Counted from the stretch's first letter, positions 8,471-19,372 are shown. The stretch: DNA of 64,000 nucleotides from Acidilobaceae archaeon (GCA_038897215.1 JAWAWX010000001.1:96001-160000); one strand, 5' to 3'. Translations and numbers: made by a program. Notes: generated by a model from the sequence alone, not told the origin.

Positions 8471-9586
8471 GTGTTACCTGTGGTGAGGTTAGTGTATCCT
8501 AGGGTTGCTCGAATACTAGCGTTTAGAGCTTTAACGCTACTATTCACGCTCCTCATCATAGTGCTACTTACAGCTCTCATAGTCACAGGCACAGGCTACG
8601 ATAGGATCATCATAGAAGCACAGATAAGGATGGAGATTCAGGCTTTCGTTGAATCTATCAAGAGACAAGGAGTCCAGGTTGACGAGACTGTTGTGAAAGC
8701 GTATGAGGAGGAGCTTAGAAAAGTGTACGGTCTTGACGCCTCTCCTCTCTATAGGGCCTGGAAGCTGGCTGTCAGCACTGTAACGCTTGATCTCTACGTG
8801 AGCCAGCCCTCGGTAGCTGACGCTGTCGGGCTAACGCCCCCAGTCAAGGTCGTAGACGCTATCAGGATAGCTTTGCCTAGAACCATAGTCATGATAACAA
8901 CAGCCTACATACTAGCCTTCCTCATAACTATACCGCTAGGCACCTTCGTAGCCTACAAGAGGGGGCGAGTGCTAGATAAGGCCGTGGTATCCTACGCAGC
9001 GCTCACTAACGCTCTGCCGGCTTGGTGGATAGCGATGCTCGCTATACTCGTCTTCGGCTTCGGGCTAGACGTGGCTCCGAAGAACTACAGGCTCGTGATA
9101 GCCCACCTGGGTGACCTCTCCAGGTCTCTCGAAGCACTAGACCTCTGGGGCTTCCTCGTAGCGCTCAAGGAAGTCTTGTACTACGCTTACCTGCCGGTAC
9201 TCGTGGTCTTCTTCGCTATATCAAACAACATAGTCTACGCTTCTAGAGCCATCACGCTCAGAGTAGTGACCGAGGACTTCGTGAACGTAGCTAGAGCCAA
9301 GGGGCTCAGCGAGAGGCTAATCCTCTGGAGGTACGTTCTTAGAGCAGCAGTAGGCCCCATACTCACCATGGTGATCTTGGGTCTAGCTGGTAGCATAGGA
9401 GGCTACATAATAACAGAGGCTATATTCGACTGGCCCGGCATGGGTCTACTGACCAGAGAGGCTATAACGAGTGGAGACTCGCCCACAGTACTCGGCCTAG
9501 TCTACGTGACGACAGCAGTATACATTGCGGCTAGGTTCTTGCTGGAGGTGCTCTACGTACTCCTAGACCCGAGAGTCAGGCTGTAG
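8471..9586 (+). CDS. oppB: Peptide ABC transporter permease
   Basis: EDFVNVARAKGL (EAA motif), EAIFDWPGMG and LDPRV. Confidence 0.93.
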   Translation: MLPVVRLVYPRVARILAFRALTLLFTLLIIVLLTALIVTGTGYDRIIIEAQIRMEIQAFVESIKRQGVQVDETVVKAYEEELRKVYGLDASPLYRAWKLAVSTVTLDLYVSQPSVADAVGLTPPVKVVDAIRIALPRTIVMITTAYILAFLITIPLGTFVAYKRGRVLDKAVVSYAALTNALPAWWIAMLAILVFGFGLDVAPKNYRLVIAHLGDLSRSLEALDLWGFLVALKEVLYYAYLPVLVVFFAISNNIVYASRAITLRVVTEDFVNVARAKGLSERLILWRYVLRAAVGPILTMVILGLAGSIGGYIITEAIFDWPGMGLLTREAITSGDSPTVLGLVYVTTAVYIAARFLLEVLYVLLDPRVRL

Positions 9587-9599
9587 GGGGTGGCGGGGA

Positions 9600-11111
9600 A
9601 TGGTGAAGGAGATACTCAGAGAGGCTCTCTCATCCGGTCTGGGTAGGGTCGGTGCAGCTATACTAATCTTCATAGTAGTGATGTCGGTATACGGCTACCT
9701 AGTGCTACCTCGAGACTTCCCCAAGCTCTGGATTGACACTACTGGAGTCAAGGGCTCCACATGGCACCTGAACCCGGAGAGAGCTCAACCCTCCTGGGTC
9801 TGGATCCTGGGCTTCGATGTGGCTCCGACTAGAGTATACTCTGAGCTGAAGCCGGCAGAGGAGAGAGTCATCATCAGGCCCGGGGACTTCGAGGTACTGG
9901 TCCCCGAGCTGAGAACGACAACAGTGCTCGGCACTGTTAGACCTATGCTTGGGTACACTCAGCTCTACGTGGCCACCTACGATCTTCAATCGAGAGCAGT
10001 CCCCCAGAACGTGGTCCTGGTACTCAAGCCCGTCAACGTGGCTGAAGACGCTCCCTCGATAACAGCCAAGGTTCTCTTGCTACTAGTACGCCCCGACAAC
10101 ACCACGGTGAAGCTGCTCGAGAAAGACACGAGCACTCGGAGAGAGCTAGTGGAGAAGATCGACTGTAGAGCCTATGCTCTAGACTACATAAGGTTTTACG
10201 AACTCGATATGAGAGTAGAGGATATCTGCGCTATGCGTTTCGAGAGTCCAGCGTTCATGAAGCCATCCGAGGACGGCTCTAGACTAGAGGCTCTACCCGG
10301 GAGGTACGTGCTGAAGCTAGTCATCGTATACCTCTACGATATCGAGGAGGTGAAGAGGATGATCGAGAGAGGAGAGACAGGGTTCCGAGTGGAGATAAGG
10401 GTCTTGGGGAATGCTTACGGGCTAGCGGGAACTGACATATACGGAAGAGACCTCTACCAAGGCCTGCTCTTCGGCTTCCACATAGCTCTCCTCGTGGGAC
10501 TCTTCGCTGCAGTAGGGACAGTAGTCTTGGGCATGTTACTAGGACTCCTCAGCGGCTACTTCGGTGGAGTGATCGACGAGATAGTCCAGAGGACAGCAGA
10601 CGTGATAGGCAACATACCCCTCCTACCTATATTGATGCTCATAGGTGTAGCTCTCCAGCAGCTAGGCTATTCAGGCTACGTGATACTCTTCGCGATAATA
10701 AGCTTCCTGATAGTATTCGGCTGGGGCGGGACAGCGATCATGGTTAGAAGCATGGTTCTATCCATCAAGAGTGAGGCCTACGTTGACGCGGCTAGAGCAG
10801 TAGGAGCCTCGAGCTTCAGAATAATATTCAGACACATACTCCCCCAAGTGCTACCCTACACTGTCGCTGTTCTAGTCTTCGCTGTGCCGAGCGCTATAGT
10901 GGCGGAGGCTGGGCTCAGCATTCTCGGTGTCCGCCACGACCTCCCCACGTGGGGCGCTATCCTCGCTGAGGCTAACAGAAACCTCGTCGTAGCCTACAGG
11001 ATGTGGTGGTGGATACTCTTCCCCGGGTCTCTCCTCGCACTATTTAGCTTCGCCTTTGTGGCTCTAGGCTACGCCATAGAGTCAGTAGTAGACCCGAGGC
11101 TTAGGAGGTGA
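9600..11111 (+). CDS. oppC: Peptide ABC transporter permease with large extracytoplasmic loop
   Basis: GTDIYGRD, EAYVDAARAVGAS, RHILP and WWWILFPG. Confidence 0.93.
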   Translation: MVKEILREALSSGLGRVGAAILIFIVVMSVYGYLVLPRDFPKLWIDTTGVKGSTWHLNPERAQPSWVWILGFDVAPTRVYSELKPAEERVIIRPGDFEVLVPELRTTTVLGTVRPMLGYTQLYVATYDLQSRAVPQNVVLVLKPVNVAEDAPSITAKVLLLLVRPDNTTVKLLEKDTSTRRELVEKIDCRAYALDYIRFYELDMRVEDICAMRFESPAFMKPSEDGSRLEALPGRYVLKLVIVYLYDIEEVKRMIERGETGFRVEIRVLGNAYGLAGTDIYGRDLYQGLLFGFHIALLVGLFAAVGTVVLGMLLGLLSGYFGGVIDEIVQRTADVIGNIPLLPILMLIGVALQQLGYSGYVILFAIISFLIVFGWGGTAIMVRSMVLSIKSEAYVDAARAVGASSFRIIFRHILPQVLPYTVAVLVFAVPSAIVAEAGLSILGVRHDLPTWGAILAEANRNLVVAYRMWWWILFPGSLLALFSFAFVALGYAIESVVDPRLRR

Positions 11112-12190
11112 TGACTGTGAAGCCTCTCTTAAAGATAGAGAATCTGAGAGTCTGGTACCCTCTGAGAACAGGGTTCTTCGGCTTTCTCGGGCGCAGAAAG
11201 TACGTTAGAGCAGTAGATGGCGTAGACTTATCAGTAGGAGTCGGGGAGACCTACTGCCTAGTAGGCGAGAGCGGCTGCGGTAAGTCCACGCTACTCAGAG
11301 CAGTCATGATGCTAGTAGATAGAGATAGCATAGCTGGAGGCAGGATACTCTTCAGGCCTCACGACGAGGTCCTGAACGTAGCCATGAAGATCCAGCCCTC
11401 AGCAGTAGTCGATGGGGAGTACGTGGACCTCTATAGAGCTAAAGGGAGGCTCTCTAAGCTTATGAGGAGAGAGATACAGATAGTCTTCCAGGACCCCTAC
11501 AGTAGCCTCAACCCCAGGATGAGGATAAGAGAGATACTAGAGGAGCCTCTGGTAGTCCACGGAGTCAAAGACTCTAAGGCTCGCCTCAAGACAGTACTAG
11601 AGGCTATGAGGCTAGCGAGGCTAGACCCTCCGGAGGAGTTCCTCGAGAGATACCCTCACCAGCTCTCAGGCGGCCAGAGGCAGAGAGTAGCTATAGCTAG
11701 AGCAATGGTTCTAAACCCTCGACTGCTTCTAGCCGACGAGCCTGTCACGATGCTCGATGTCTCGATAAAAGCCGAGGTCCTACAGGTGCTCGATAGGATC
11801 AAGAGGGAGAGAGGTCTAAGCGTTCTCTTCGTGACACACGACCTAGCGCTAGCCAGATACGTGTGCGACAGAGTAGGCATAATGTATCTAGGCAAGATAG
11901 TCGAGGAGGGCAGAGTAGACGAGATACTAGAGAGTCCCGCGCACCCGTACACCAAAGCGTTGATCAGAGCGGTCCCAGACGTGGCCCCAGAGCTCAGGAA
12001 GGCTCTGAAAGACTTGCCGATTAAGGGCGAGGTGACTAGCGCAGTAGACATACCTCAAGGCTGCAGGTTCAGGCCGAGGTGCGTAGCATACGATGCCAAC
12101 GAGTGGGTTAGGCCTCGCTGCGAGAGAGAAGAGCCCCAGCTGAGAGAAGTCTCTCCAGGGCATAGAGCAGCGTGCTGGCTTAATGTCTAG
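11108..12190 (+). CDS. oppF: Peptide ABC transporter ATPase
   Basis: [31 protein letters not shown] and C-terminal Cys motif. Confidence 0.93.
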   Translation: MMTVKPLLKIENLRVWYPLRTGFFGFLGRRKYVRAVDGVDLSVGVGETYCLVGESGCGKSTLLRAVMMLVDRDSIAGGRILFRPHDEVLNVAMKIQPSAVVDGEYVDLYRAKGRLSKLMRREIQIVFQDPYSSLNPRMRIREILEEPLVVHGVKDSKARLKTVLEAMRLARLDPPEEFLERYPHQLSGGQRQRVAIARAMVLNPRLLLADEPVTMLDVSIKAEVLQVLDRIKRERGLSVLFVTHDLALARYVCDRVGIMYLGKIVEEGRVDEILESPAHPYTKALIRAVPDVAPELRKALKDLPIKGEVTSAVDIPQGCRFRPRCVAYDANEWVRPRCEREEPQLREVSPGHRAACWLNV

Positions 12191-12363
12191 CGCTTCTTCT
12201 CCTCCTCCAGGACTCTCGGGTTCAGAGCTTCATCTATTATCCTGTTCACGTCTCTCACTGCTCGCCCAAGCTTTCTAGCCACCTCAGCTGTCTCACGAGG
12301 CCCCAGGACTAGGAGGAGGATCAGTAATATCAGTACGAGCTCTCCGTAGTCGATACCGAGCAA
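12187..12363 (-). CDS. tatA: Twin-arginine translocase TatA/E subunit (58 aa, absent from the ORF track)
   Basis: Manual translation MLGIDYGELVLILLILLLVLGPRETAEVARKLGRAVRDVNRIIDEALNPRVLEEEKKR: E..TM..GP hinge and amphipathic ARKLGRA helix; TTG start after GGGAG. Confidence 0.88.
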   Translation of the reverse strand: MLGIDYGELVLILLILLLVLGPRETAEVARKLGRAVRDVNRIIDEALNPRVLEEEKKR

Positions 12364-12449
12364 CGGGCTCCCCGAAGTGAGTTAGAGTCTTCCCGACACC
12401 AATAAAGCTTTCCAGCTACTCCAGCACGCAGAAGGGAGGAGCCGAGCCC

Positions 12450-13331
12450 TTGATCTTGGACGCTAGAGCGGTAGACGAGCTGGTAGATGTTCACGAACTA
12501 CTCAGAGACATAGAGAGAGTCCTCCTAGAAGCCCCCAAGCCTCCTCAGCGAGTAGCGCTAGAGATGGAGAGCTCCTGGCTTGGAGTAATGCCGGCGTCAT
12601 GCCCGGGCTTCTACTCGGTGAAGATCGTTGGAGTCTACCCCAGCAACCCGGCTAGAGGCCTTCCGCTCGTCAGAGGAGTGCTCTTCCTAATAGACTCAGA
12701 GACAGGGGAGGTTCTCTTAGAGGCTGACGCAGGGCCCGCTACAGCGTGGAGAACAGCAGCAGCCTCAGCTCTAGCTCTCAGACTTCTAGGCTTCAAGAGG
12801 GGCGCTCTAGGGGTTGTGGGAGCGGGGGTTCAAGGGAGATACCATGTCTTGGTGTTCAAGAGAGTGTTCGACGTAGAGAGGCTACTCGTCTACGATATCG
12901 ACGAGAGGAAGGCGGAGAGGCTCGCTACCGAGGCCGGCGGCTCTGTGGCTAGAAGTGCTAGAGACGTACTAGAAGAGGCTGATGCAATCGTGGCCGCCAC
13001 CACGAGCAAGACCCCGGTAGTGCAGGGGGGCTTGCTCAAGCCCGGCTCTCTAGTCGCGAGCGTCGGGGCCCCCAGGCCCGTTAGAGAACTCGACGAGGTA
13101 GCAGTCAAGAGAAGCAGGTGCATTCTAGTAGATAGCATCGAGGGGGTGACGAGCGAGAGCGACGACTGGATCGGGGCTGAGAAACTGCTCTCTCTAGCGG
13201 ACGCGCTTAGAGGAGAGAGATGCGAGTGGGGCGATATCAGAGTCTACAAGAGTGTAGGCTACTCTCTCTTCGACCTAGCCGTAGCGATCCACCTATACAA
13301 GAGAGCTAGAGAGAGGGGCTTCTTGAAGTGA
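12450..13331 (+). CDS. Ornithine cyclodeaminase/mu-crystallin family protein (archaeal alanine dehydrogenase-like)
   Basis: MPA, VKIVGVYPSN, TAWRTAAAS, GAGVQG and YKSVG....DLA. Confidence 0.9.
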   Translation: MILDARAVDELVDVHELLRDIERVLLEAPKPPQRVALEMESSWLGVMPASCPGFYSVKIVGVYPSNPARGLPLVRGVLFLIDSETGEVLLEADAGPATAWRTAAASALALRLLGFKRGALGVVGAGVQGRYHVLVFKRVFDVERLLVYDIDERKAERLATEAGGSVARSARDVLEEADAIVAATTSKTPVVQGGLLKPGSLVASVGAPRPVRELDEVAVKRSRCILVDSIEGVTSESDDWIGAEKLLSLADALRGERCEWGDIRVYKSVGYSLFDLAVAIHLYKRARERGFLK

Positions 13332-13828
13332 GCGAGGAGAGCGTTAGGAGAGCTGCTCTAGCTCCAGCTGTAGCTTTAGTGGTAGCAGGCCTCCTAGGGC
13401 TACTCCTAGCTCTCGCTCTAGCTATCCTAAGCCAGCCTTCTCTAGCAGAGTTCGAGAAGACTCTAGACGTCATGTCGCCGCGCGTTATAAAGGCTAGAGA
13501 GCTGGTAGAGGGAGCTAGGCTAGTCCGCTACGTGCACGTAGTCATAGTAAATGAGGGAGACGCGGAGCTCGTGGTAGAGTATAGGGGAGCAAGGCGCGTC
13601 CTCGGCCCCCGAGAGTCTCTGAGCTTGGAGCTAGAGAGCTTGGAGGATGAACTCTGGCTCTCGGGAGAACGAGAGGTCAAAGCCAGAGTCTCTGCTAGAG
13701 TATCGGTCTACGAGGGGGGTAGCTTGGCTCTCTCGATTCTAGCGGCTCTCGTATTCATAGTCTCGGCTACGCTAGCTCTAGCGGGAGCGGCTCTCGCCTT
13801 CTCCATAATCTCCGGCAGGCTAGGCTAG
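13328..13828 (+). CDS. Hypothetical membrane protein (two TM helices)
   Basis: GTGA overlap with the upstream gene; host-like codon use. Confidence 0.7.
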   Translation: MSEESVRRAALAPAVALVVAGLLGLLLALALAILSQPSLAEFEKTLDVMSPRVIKARELVEGARLVRYVHVVIVNEGDAELVVEYRGARRVLGPRESLSLELESLEDELWLSGEREVKARVSARVSVYEGGSLALSILAALVFIVSATLALAGAALAFSIISGRLG

Positions 13829-14836
13829 CTCTGCTCTAGCGGCTACGCCCTCTAGCTTCTGCTCTATCCCATATGGTGCCTCCTCTAGCCAGCAGGCTAC
13901 CAGCCTACCTCCTCCTCTCTTCTCCAGCGGGGGCTCCTCGGAGAAGCACTTAGGCATCGCTACAGGGCAACGTGGAGCAAACCTGCAGCCCTTTATCGGC
14001 TTCGAGAGGTCCGGAGGCCTCCCGGGTATGTATACGAGCCTCTCCTTCCCCCCTCTTAGCTTCGGCACTGCCTTGATGAGGAGGTACGTGTAGGGGTGCA
14101 GGGGTCTGTAGAATATGTCCTCGTTGCTCCCAACTTCTACTATCTTGCCTCCATACATCACAGCTACTCTATCAGAGACCTCCGATATCACAGCTAGGTC
14201 GTGCGTTATGAAGAGATAGCTGAGATTCCTCTCTCTCTGGAGCTTCTTCAGCAAGTTGAGTATCTGAGCCTGGATGACCACGTCGAGAGCTGTGGTTGGC
14301 TCGTCAGCGATCACTACGTCCGGCTCTAGAGCTAAAGCCATAGCTATGACTACTCTCTGCTTCTGACCACCGCTGAGCTCATGGGGGTAGCGGTCAGCGA
14401 GCTTCCTGTCTAGCCCTACGCTCTCGAGGAGCTCGTAGACTCTCCTTCTAGCCTCAGACTTGCCGAGCTTCCCGTGGTAGACTAGGACTTCCTCTATCTG
14501 GCTACCTGCGGTCATAACGGGATTCAGGCTGTTTAACGCTCCCTGGAATATCATGCTAACCTTCTTCCACCTAATCATCCTCCTGACCTCAGACTCGCTA
14601 AGCTTCATTATGTCAATGCCATCCACTACAATAGACCCGCTCTCGATCCTGCCTGGCGGGGGAGCCATTCCTAGAAGAGACCAAGCTAGAGTACTCTTGC
14701 CGCAACCGCTCTCTCCAGCGAGCCCCAGAGTCTCTCCCTTCTCGATAGTCAAGTCTACACCATCGACTGCTCTAATCTTCCCCCTCATAGTGAAATAAGA
14801 TACCCTAACGTCTCTCATCTCGACGATAGCCGGCAA
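13820..14836 (-). CDS. oppD: Peptide ABC transporter ATPase
   Basis: GESGCGKS, MIFQGALNSLNP, LSGGQKQR, DEPTTALD and GCRFAPRC. Confidence 0.93.
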   Translation of the reverse strand: MPAIVEMRDVRVSYFTMRGKIRAVDGVDLTIEKGETLGLAGESGCGKSTLAWSLLGMAPPPGRIESGSIVVDGIDIMKLSESEVRRMIRWKKVSMIFQGALNSLNPVMTAGSQIEEVLVYHGKLGKSEARRRVYELLESVGLDRKLADRYPHELSGGQKQRVVIAMALALEPDVVIADEPTTALDVVIQAQILNLLKKLQRERNLSYLFITHDLAVISEVSDRVAVMYGGKIVEVGSNEDIFYRPLHPYTYLLIKAVPKLRGGKERLVYIPGRPPDLSKPIKGCRFAPRCPVAMPKCFSEEPPLEKRGGGRLVACWLEEAPYGIEQKLEGVAARAELA

Positions 14837-15030
14837 GTTACTCTCCCACCCTGGGCTCTCTCGTGAGTCTCACTCCAGGACTTAATAACTTAGCTTCAGC
14901 TACACTCTCACCATAAACGCTACCAGCGACCTTCCAGGTCTCGATCGTGAGACAAGAGACTCTAGGCTTTGGCGGTCTAGCGTAGCTCAGTAGGCTCCCG
15001 CTTATCGCCCACTCGTTCGCGCACAACACT

Positions 15031-15816
15031 CTAGAGCCCTCTAGGTCTTCTGTACGCAGTCTCAGCTATCCATAGTGTTGCATAGACTGTGAAGCCTAGA
15101 GTGCAGACGGCTATTATGCCAGCGTAGACGGTCTCGTAGTCGTAGACTCTGTGAGCAGTCTCTATTAGCGCTCCGAGCCCGTATCTCCCGAGACCGTGCG
15201 GGCTTATGACGATGCTCTCTACGACGAACGTCAGGCTTAGAGAGACCCCTACGCATATCCTCAAGCTGGTTAAAAGAGGCATGAATATACCTGGTAGTAT
15301 CACGTACCTGATTAGGTGAGTGAAGCCGGCACCCATGCTAGCCAAGACCTCCTCGTATTCTCTCGGCAGTCTAGAGATGGCTTCAATGACCCCGATGGAT
15401 AGGATAGGGTAGAGTATGGCTGAGATGAGAGCTATCTTGATGACCTCGAAGCCGAAGAGAATCATGAAGAGCGGTAGTAGAGCCAGTGTGGGCACGGGGA
15501 TCAGGAGAGCTACCAGCACTCTCAGAGGCTTACCCAGCCTCGTTCTAGTAGCTATGATGCCTGAAGCGACGGCCGCTACTGTTGCTATCGAGAGAGCAGC
15601 AGAGACTCTGAGCAGAGTTGCTCCAGCGTGTAGAGCCAGCTCTCCGCTTAGAGCCAGCTCCTTGAGCTCATCGAGCACAGAGCTAGGCTCTGGGAGAATG
15701 TAGGGCTTGCCTAGAGCAGAGCTAGCTAGATGCCAGAACCCCAGGATGACTATTAATGATAGTAGAGTGATCAAGACCCATAGTAGAGCCTCGCGAGCTC
15801 TACTACTCTCCAGCAA
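15031..15816 (-). CDS. NitT/TauT/SsuC-type ABC permease
   Basis: LPEPSSV, TLLRV, PVPTLALLP, EAA-like loop and GLG. Confidence 0.85.
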   Translation of the reverse strand: MLESSRAREALLWVLITLLSLIVILGFWHLASSALGKPYILPEPSSVLDELKELALSGELALHAGATLLRVSAALSIATVAAVASGIIATRTRLGKPLRVLVALLIPVPTLALLPLFMILFGFEVIKIALISAILYPILSIGVIEAISRLPREYEEVLASMGAGFTHLIRYVILPGIFMPLLTSLRICVGVSLSLTFVVESIVISPHGLGRYGLGALIETAHRVYDYETVYAGIIAVCTLGFTVYATLWIAETAYRRPRGL

Positions 15817-16475
15817 TCATCGACACCCCCAGCCACCCTAGCCGCTATCCTGGCAGGTCTACCGCTGAGCACGTAAGCCTCCCCAGCTTCTCTCAAAGCC
15901 TCTAGGATGTCGTGAGAAGATGTGATCACGAGCTTGTCGGAAGCCACTCTCTTGATCAGACTCCAGATCTCTCTCCGAGCCGGGGGGTCGACGTTAGACG
16001 TGGGCTCGTCTAGTAGGAGTACTCGCGAGGGGGATACGAGAGCTCTAGCTATAGCCGCTCTCTTCCTCTCACCCCCCGAGAGAGTCCTAGGGTACCTCCA
16101 TGCTAGCTTATCTATCCCGACTTCTCTCAGAGCCTCTAGAGCAGCCTCTCTAGCTCTAGCCTTGCCGCGCCCCGAGACTATGAGGGGGAGCGCTACGTTA
16201 TCGACTACTGTAAGCCACGGTAGGAGCTCGTTATCCTGAGGCACGTAGAGAGCCTCGCCTCTCCTCAAAGGCCTCCCCTCCAGCTCCACGGAGCCTTCCT
16301 GGGGCTCGAGGAGTCCAGCTATGATCTTTAGTAGCGTTGACTTCCCGACTCCGTTAGGCCCCAGGATAGCCCAGAGACCCGGGCCTCTGAACTCTATCTC
16401 GAGACCGTCGAACAAGAGATCCAAGCCGTAGCCGAAGCGAAGCCCCCTCACTGTTAGTAGCACTCGAGAAAGCAC
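15771..16475 (-). CDS. NitT/TauT-type ABC ATPase
   Basis: GPNGVGKST, LLPWLTV.DN, LSGGE and LLLDEP. Confidence 0.9.
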   Translation of the reverse strand: MLSRVLLTVRGLRFGYGLDLLFDGLEIEFRGPGLWAILGPNGVGKSTLLKIIAGLLEPQEGSVELEGRPLRRGEALYVPQDNELLPWLTVVDNVALPLIVSGRGKARAREAALEALREVGIDKLAWRYPRTLSGGERKRAAIARALVSPSRVLLLDEPTSNVDPPARREIWSLIKRVASDKLVITSSHDILEALREAGEAYVLSGRPARIAARVAGGVDDCWRVVELARLYYGS

Positions 16476-16662
16476 CCCCGAGCCTGAGAGCCTGAGAGTG
16501 GTAAAAGCGGTTCAGATAGAGCCCACCTGGAGCTCGAGTAGAGACTCGACTTCGCCAAAACAGGCTTCAAGAAGGTCGAGTCAAGCGGTCGTAGAGCCTA
16601 GCTGGTCGCGTAGCTTAAATAGCCTTGAGAGCTGGCTTCTCCAAGTACTGAGGAGGCGTGTA

Positions 16663-17646
16663 TTGGCTAGAGTGTGGGCTTCTCCTCTAGGAGGCTATCC
16701 TAGGAGCAGGCTTGTGAGACGGGCTCTGAGAGACTTCGAGACCGGGCTGGTGAGCGTTGGGGAGCTCGAGTCCGTCCTCTACGGGGCCTCCTCGGCCATC
16801 ATTGGAGCCCAGCTGGCCTCTGGTCTAGATTACGTCGTTGACGGGATGCTAGACTGGCACGACTTCTTCAGACCATTCGTCTCAGTCTGGCGCAACGTCA
16901 CCTCCTCAGAGCTCCTGAGATACTTCGACAACAACTTCTTCTACAGAGTCCCGGTCTTCACAGACCTCCCCGAGGCTTCCGGTATGGTTTGGCCTCAGAG
17001 AGTCAGAGCATTCAAGCAGCTAGCTGAGCCAGCTGGCTTCAAAATAGTCCTACCAGGCCCCGTCACGTTTTCTTTGATGAGTAGAAACGCCTCCGGGAAG
17101 AGCTTCGAGGAGCTAGCCTACTCTATAGCCAAGCTTTTAGCTCGAGAGGCTAGAGCGTCGGCTGAAGCCGGGTGCTCTCTCATCCAGGTCGACGAGCCGA
17201 CTCTAAGCGACCCAGACGCTACCAGAGACCACGCTATACTGGCTAGCGAGCTGGTCTCCATGATAGCTCGTGAAGCGGGCTCCTCCAAGACTGTTCTAGC
17301 GGTCTACTTCGGAGCGCCAAAGCCAGAAGTCTACGAGCACCTCCTCTCAGCAAGAGTCTCCTGCCTCTCGCTCGACGTGGCGGACTCTCCTCGCGATGCC
17401 GTCAAGCTCATAGAGTCCAAGGGGTTTCCGGGTTTCTGCCCTGTTCTCGGCCTGGTCGACGCTAGAGTAGTCTACGACGATGACTTAGAGAAGCTAGCCG
17501 AGCTAGCAGCCAGGCTAGCGGGAGGAGCGGACGAGCTGGGATTGACTACCTCCACGTGGCTCGACCTGATACCCTATGAGTACAGCTTGAGGAAGACAAG
17601 GCTTCTGGGAGCTCTAGCTGAGAGAGTGAGGAGTCTCGCGAGGTGA
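16663..17646 (+). CDS. Split cobalamin-independent methionine synthase, non-catalytic (N-terminal-half-like) subunit; TTG start at 16663
   Basis: [21 protein letters not shown] and IQVDEP; lacks HxC and PDCG zinc ligands; GAGGAGG SD before TTG. Confidence 0.85.
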   Translation: MARVWASPLGGYPRSRLVRRALRDFETGLVSVGELESVLYGASSAIIGAQLASGLDYVVDGMLDWHDFFRPFVSVWRNVTSSELLRYFDNNFFYRVPVFTDLPEASGMVWPQRVRAFKQLAEPAGFKIVLPGPVTFSLMSRNASGKSFEELAYSIAKLLAREARASAEAGCSLIQVDEPTLSDPDATRDHAILASELVSMIAREAGSSKTVLAVYFGAPKPEVYEHLLSARVSCLSLDVADSPRDAVKLIESKGFPGFCPVLGLVDARVVYDDDLEKLAELAARLAGGADELGLTTSTWLDLIPYEYSLRKTRLLGALAERVRSLAR

Positions 17647-18647
17647 GGAGCGTGGAGGAGTACGCTGTGCCCAAGAAGTTCCCCACGACTGTAGTTGGTA
17701 GCTACCCGAAGATGCCTGAGGCTGAGGAGGCTCTGAGAAGGAGGAGAGCTGGCTCGATAACAGAGGAGGAGTTCAGGTCTCTCGTTGAGAAGGCGATCAA
17801 GGCTGTGGTAGAGGACTATCTGTGGGCTGGCGTAGACATAATCAGCGATGGTGAGCAGAGCAGAGAAGACATGGTTGTGTTCTTCGCTGAAAACATCAGA
17901 GGATACGAGCCAGGCGACTGGGTCAGGGTATTCGATAACGTGTACTTCAGGAAGCCCGTGATAGCGTCTAAGCTCGAGTGGGTCAAGCCGATGACTGTGA
18001 GCGACTGGCTCTACGCCTCCTCGATATCACGAGGGAGACCAGTCAAGGCCATACTAACGGGGCCATACACTATGTACGAGTGGAGCTTCGACCTACACTA
18101 TAGAGACAGGAGGGAGGCCGTCCTAGAGCTAGCTAGGATACTCAGGAGAGAGGTAGAGGAGTACGTGAGGCTAGGAGCTCGCTACATCCAGGTAGACGAG
18201 CCAGCGCTCTCCACGAGGCCTACTAGAGAGGATGCTGAGCTCTTGAAGGAAGCGCTAGACGTGATGCTGAGAGGAGTCGAGGCTAAGAGGATACTCCACG
18301 TGTGCTACGGGAGGCTCGAGAGGATACTCCCCTACATACTAGACTATCCCGTAGACCAGTTCGACTTAGAGATGAAGAACAGCGGCTTCAGGCTCCTCAG
18401 GTACCTAAAGGAGTACGGCTACAACAAGGAGATCGGCTACGGTGTCGTAGACGTGCACTCAACTAGAGTAGAGACAGTGGCTGAGGTCAAGGAGGCTATA
18501 GACTTGTTGATGAAGGCAGACATAGTGGGCCCCGAGAAGGTCTACGTAGACCCGGACTGCGGGCTCAAGAGGCTCCCTAGAGGCATCGCTAGAGAGAAGC
18601 TCAGAGTAATGGCTGAAGCGGCTCGATTAGCTAGAGAAGAGTGGTGA
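17643..18647 (+). CDS. metE: Methionine synthase (MetE C-terminal catalytic type)
   Basis: [33 protein letters not shown] and PDCGLK. Confidence 0.92.
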   Translation: MRSVEEYAVPKKFPTTVVGSYPKMPEAEEALRRRRAGSITEEEFRSLVEKAIKAVVEDYLWAGVDIISDGEQSREDMVVFFAENIRGYEPGDWVRVFDNVYFRKPVIASKLEWVKPMTVSDWLYASSISRGRPVKAILTGPYTMYEWSFDLHYRDRREAVLELARILRREVEEYVRLGARYIQVDEPALSTRPTREDAELLKEALDVMLRGVEAKRILHVCYGRLERILPYILDYPVDQFDLEMKNSGFRLLRYLKEYGYNKEIGYGVVDVHSTRVETVAEVKEAIDLLMKADIVGPEKVYVDPDCGLKRLPRGIAREKLRVMAEAARLAREEW

Positions 18648-19357
18648 GCGCTCTGAGGAGACTCTACGGGAGTCACTTGGTGGATGCTGACGAGTACAGG
18701 ATACAGCTAGACGAAGCGGGGGCTCTAGTAGTCGCCAGAGAGCAAGGCGACTTCATCAGAGTCTTCTACGAGAGCAAGTGGGGCTCGAGGAGCCTCGGCT
18801 TGATACCAGTGAGCATCTGGCCTCTCAGGCTAGACGTGAAGCCACACCCCCCGAGAGGGTGGAGGGTTCAGGTTAAGAGAGCCCTGGTGAGGCTGAGAGA
18901 GCCCCTCAATATGCTGAAAGGCTCCTACGCTCGGCTAGCGGTAGAGCTCCCCGTAGACCTGGGGGTCTACGTCAACGGGGCTCTCGCAGGATCTCTTCCA
19001 GTAGGTAGAGTCAAGTACGCTGTCTACGGCACTCCCGACCTGGGAGACCCCTGTAGGTACGTCGACTTCCGGATACTCGAGGAGATCCCCGGCTACCTGA
19101 GGGGGTCGCTGGTGGTAGACGTGCACTCCAGATTCGAGGAGGACTCCGTGCAGATAGCTAGAATAGTGGTCCCTACTCTAGGCCTCGGGTCTTACCTAGC
19201 TAGGGGGGAGAAGCCGGTGTTCAGCAGAGTCTCTCTAGAGGTTCACAGCAAGACCACGGGGCTCGTTAGAGCTAAGCGCGAGCCATCAGTGGAGGCCGAG
19301 GAGGAGGTGCTAGCCCTCCAGCCCGACAGCTTCTACTTGATGAGGTTCGGGTTCTAG
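18641..19357 (+). CDS. DUF432 family protein
   Basis: ELPVDLGV and KYAVYG.P..G..CRY; adjacent to mscS as commonly seen in archaea. Confidence 0.75.
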   Translation: MVSALRRLYGSHLVDADEYRIQLDEAGALVVAREQGDFIRVFYESKWGSRSLGLIPVSIWPLRLDVKPHPPRGWRVQVKRALVRLREPLNMLKGSYARLAVELPVDLGVYVNGALAGSLPVGRVKYAVYGTPDLGDPCRYVDFRILEEIPGYLRGSLVVDVHSRFEEDSVQIARIVVPTLGLGSYLARGEKPVFSRVSLEVHSKTTGLVRAKREPSVEAEEEVLALQPDSFYLMRFGF

Positions 19358-19372
19358 CGTGGTCTGAGAGCC

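Noticed and set aside
11108-11165. C/D box sRNA (GTGATGA ... CTGA)
   Set aside because: Fully explained by the oppC/oppF stop-start overlap and coding sequence; no convincing internal C'/D' boxes
14982-14994. tRNA D-arm-like GTAGCTCAGTAGG
   Set aside because: No closing D stem, anticodon arm or T loop
14838-15029. 63-aa minus-strand ORF
   Set aside because: No recognisable motif and it spans the likely oppD promoter (TTATTAA)
16476-16662. TPP or SAM riboswitch; also the ORF-track N-terminal extension from 16498
   Set aside because: Riboswitch core motifs absent on both strands; TATA and SD point to TTG 16663
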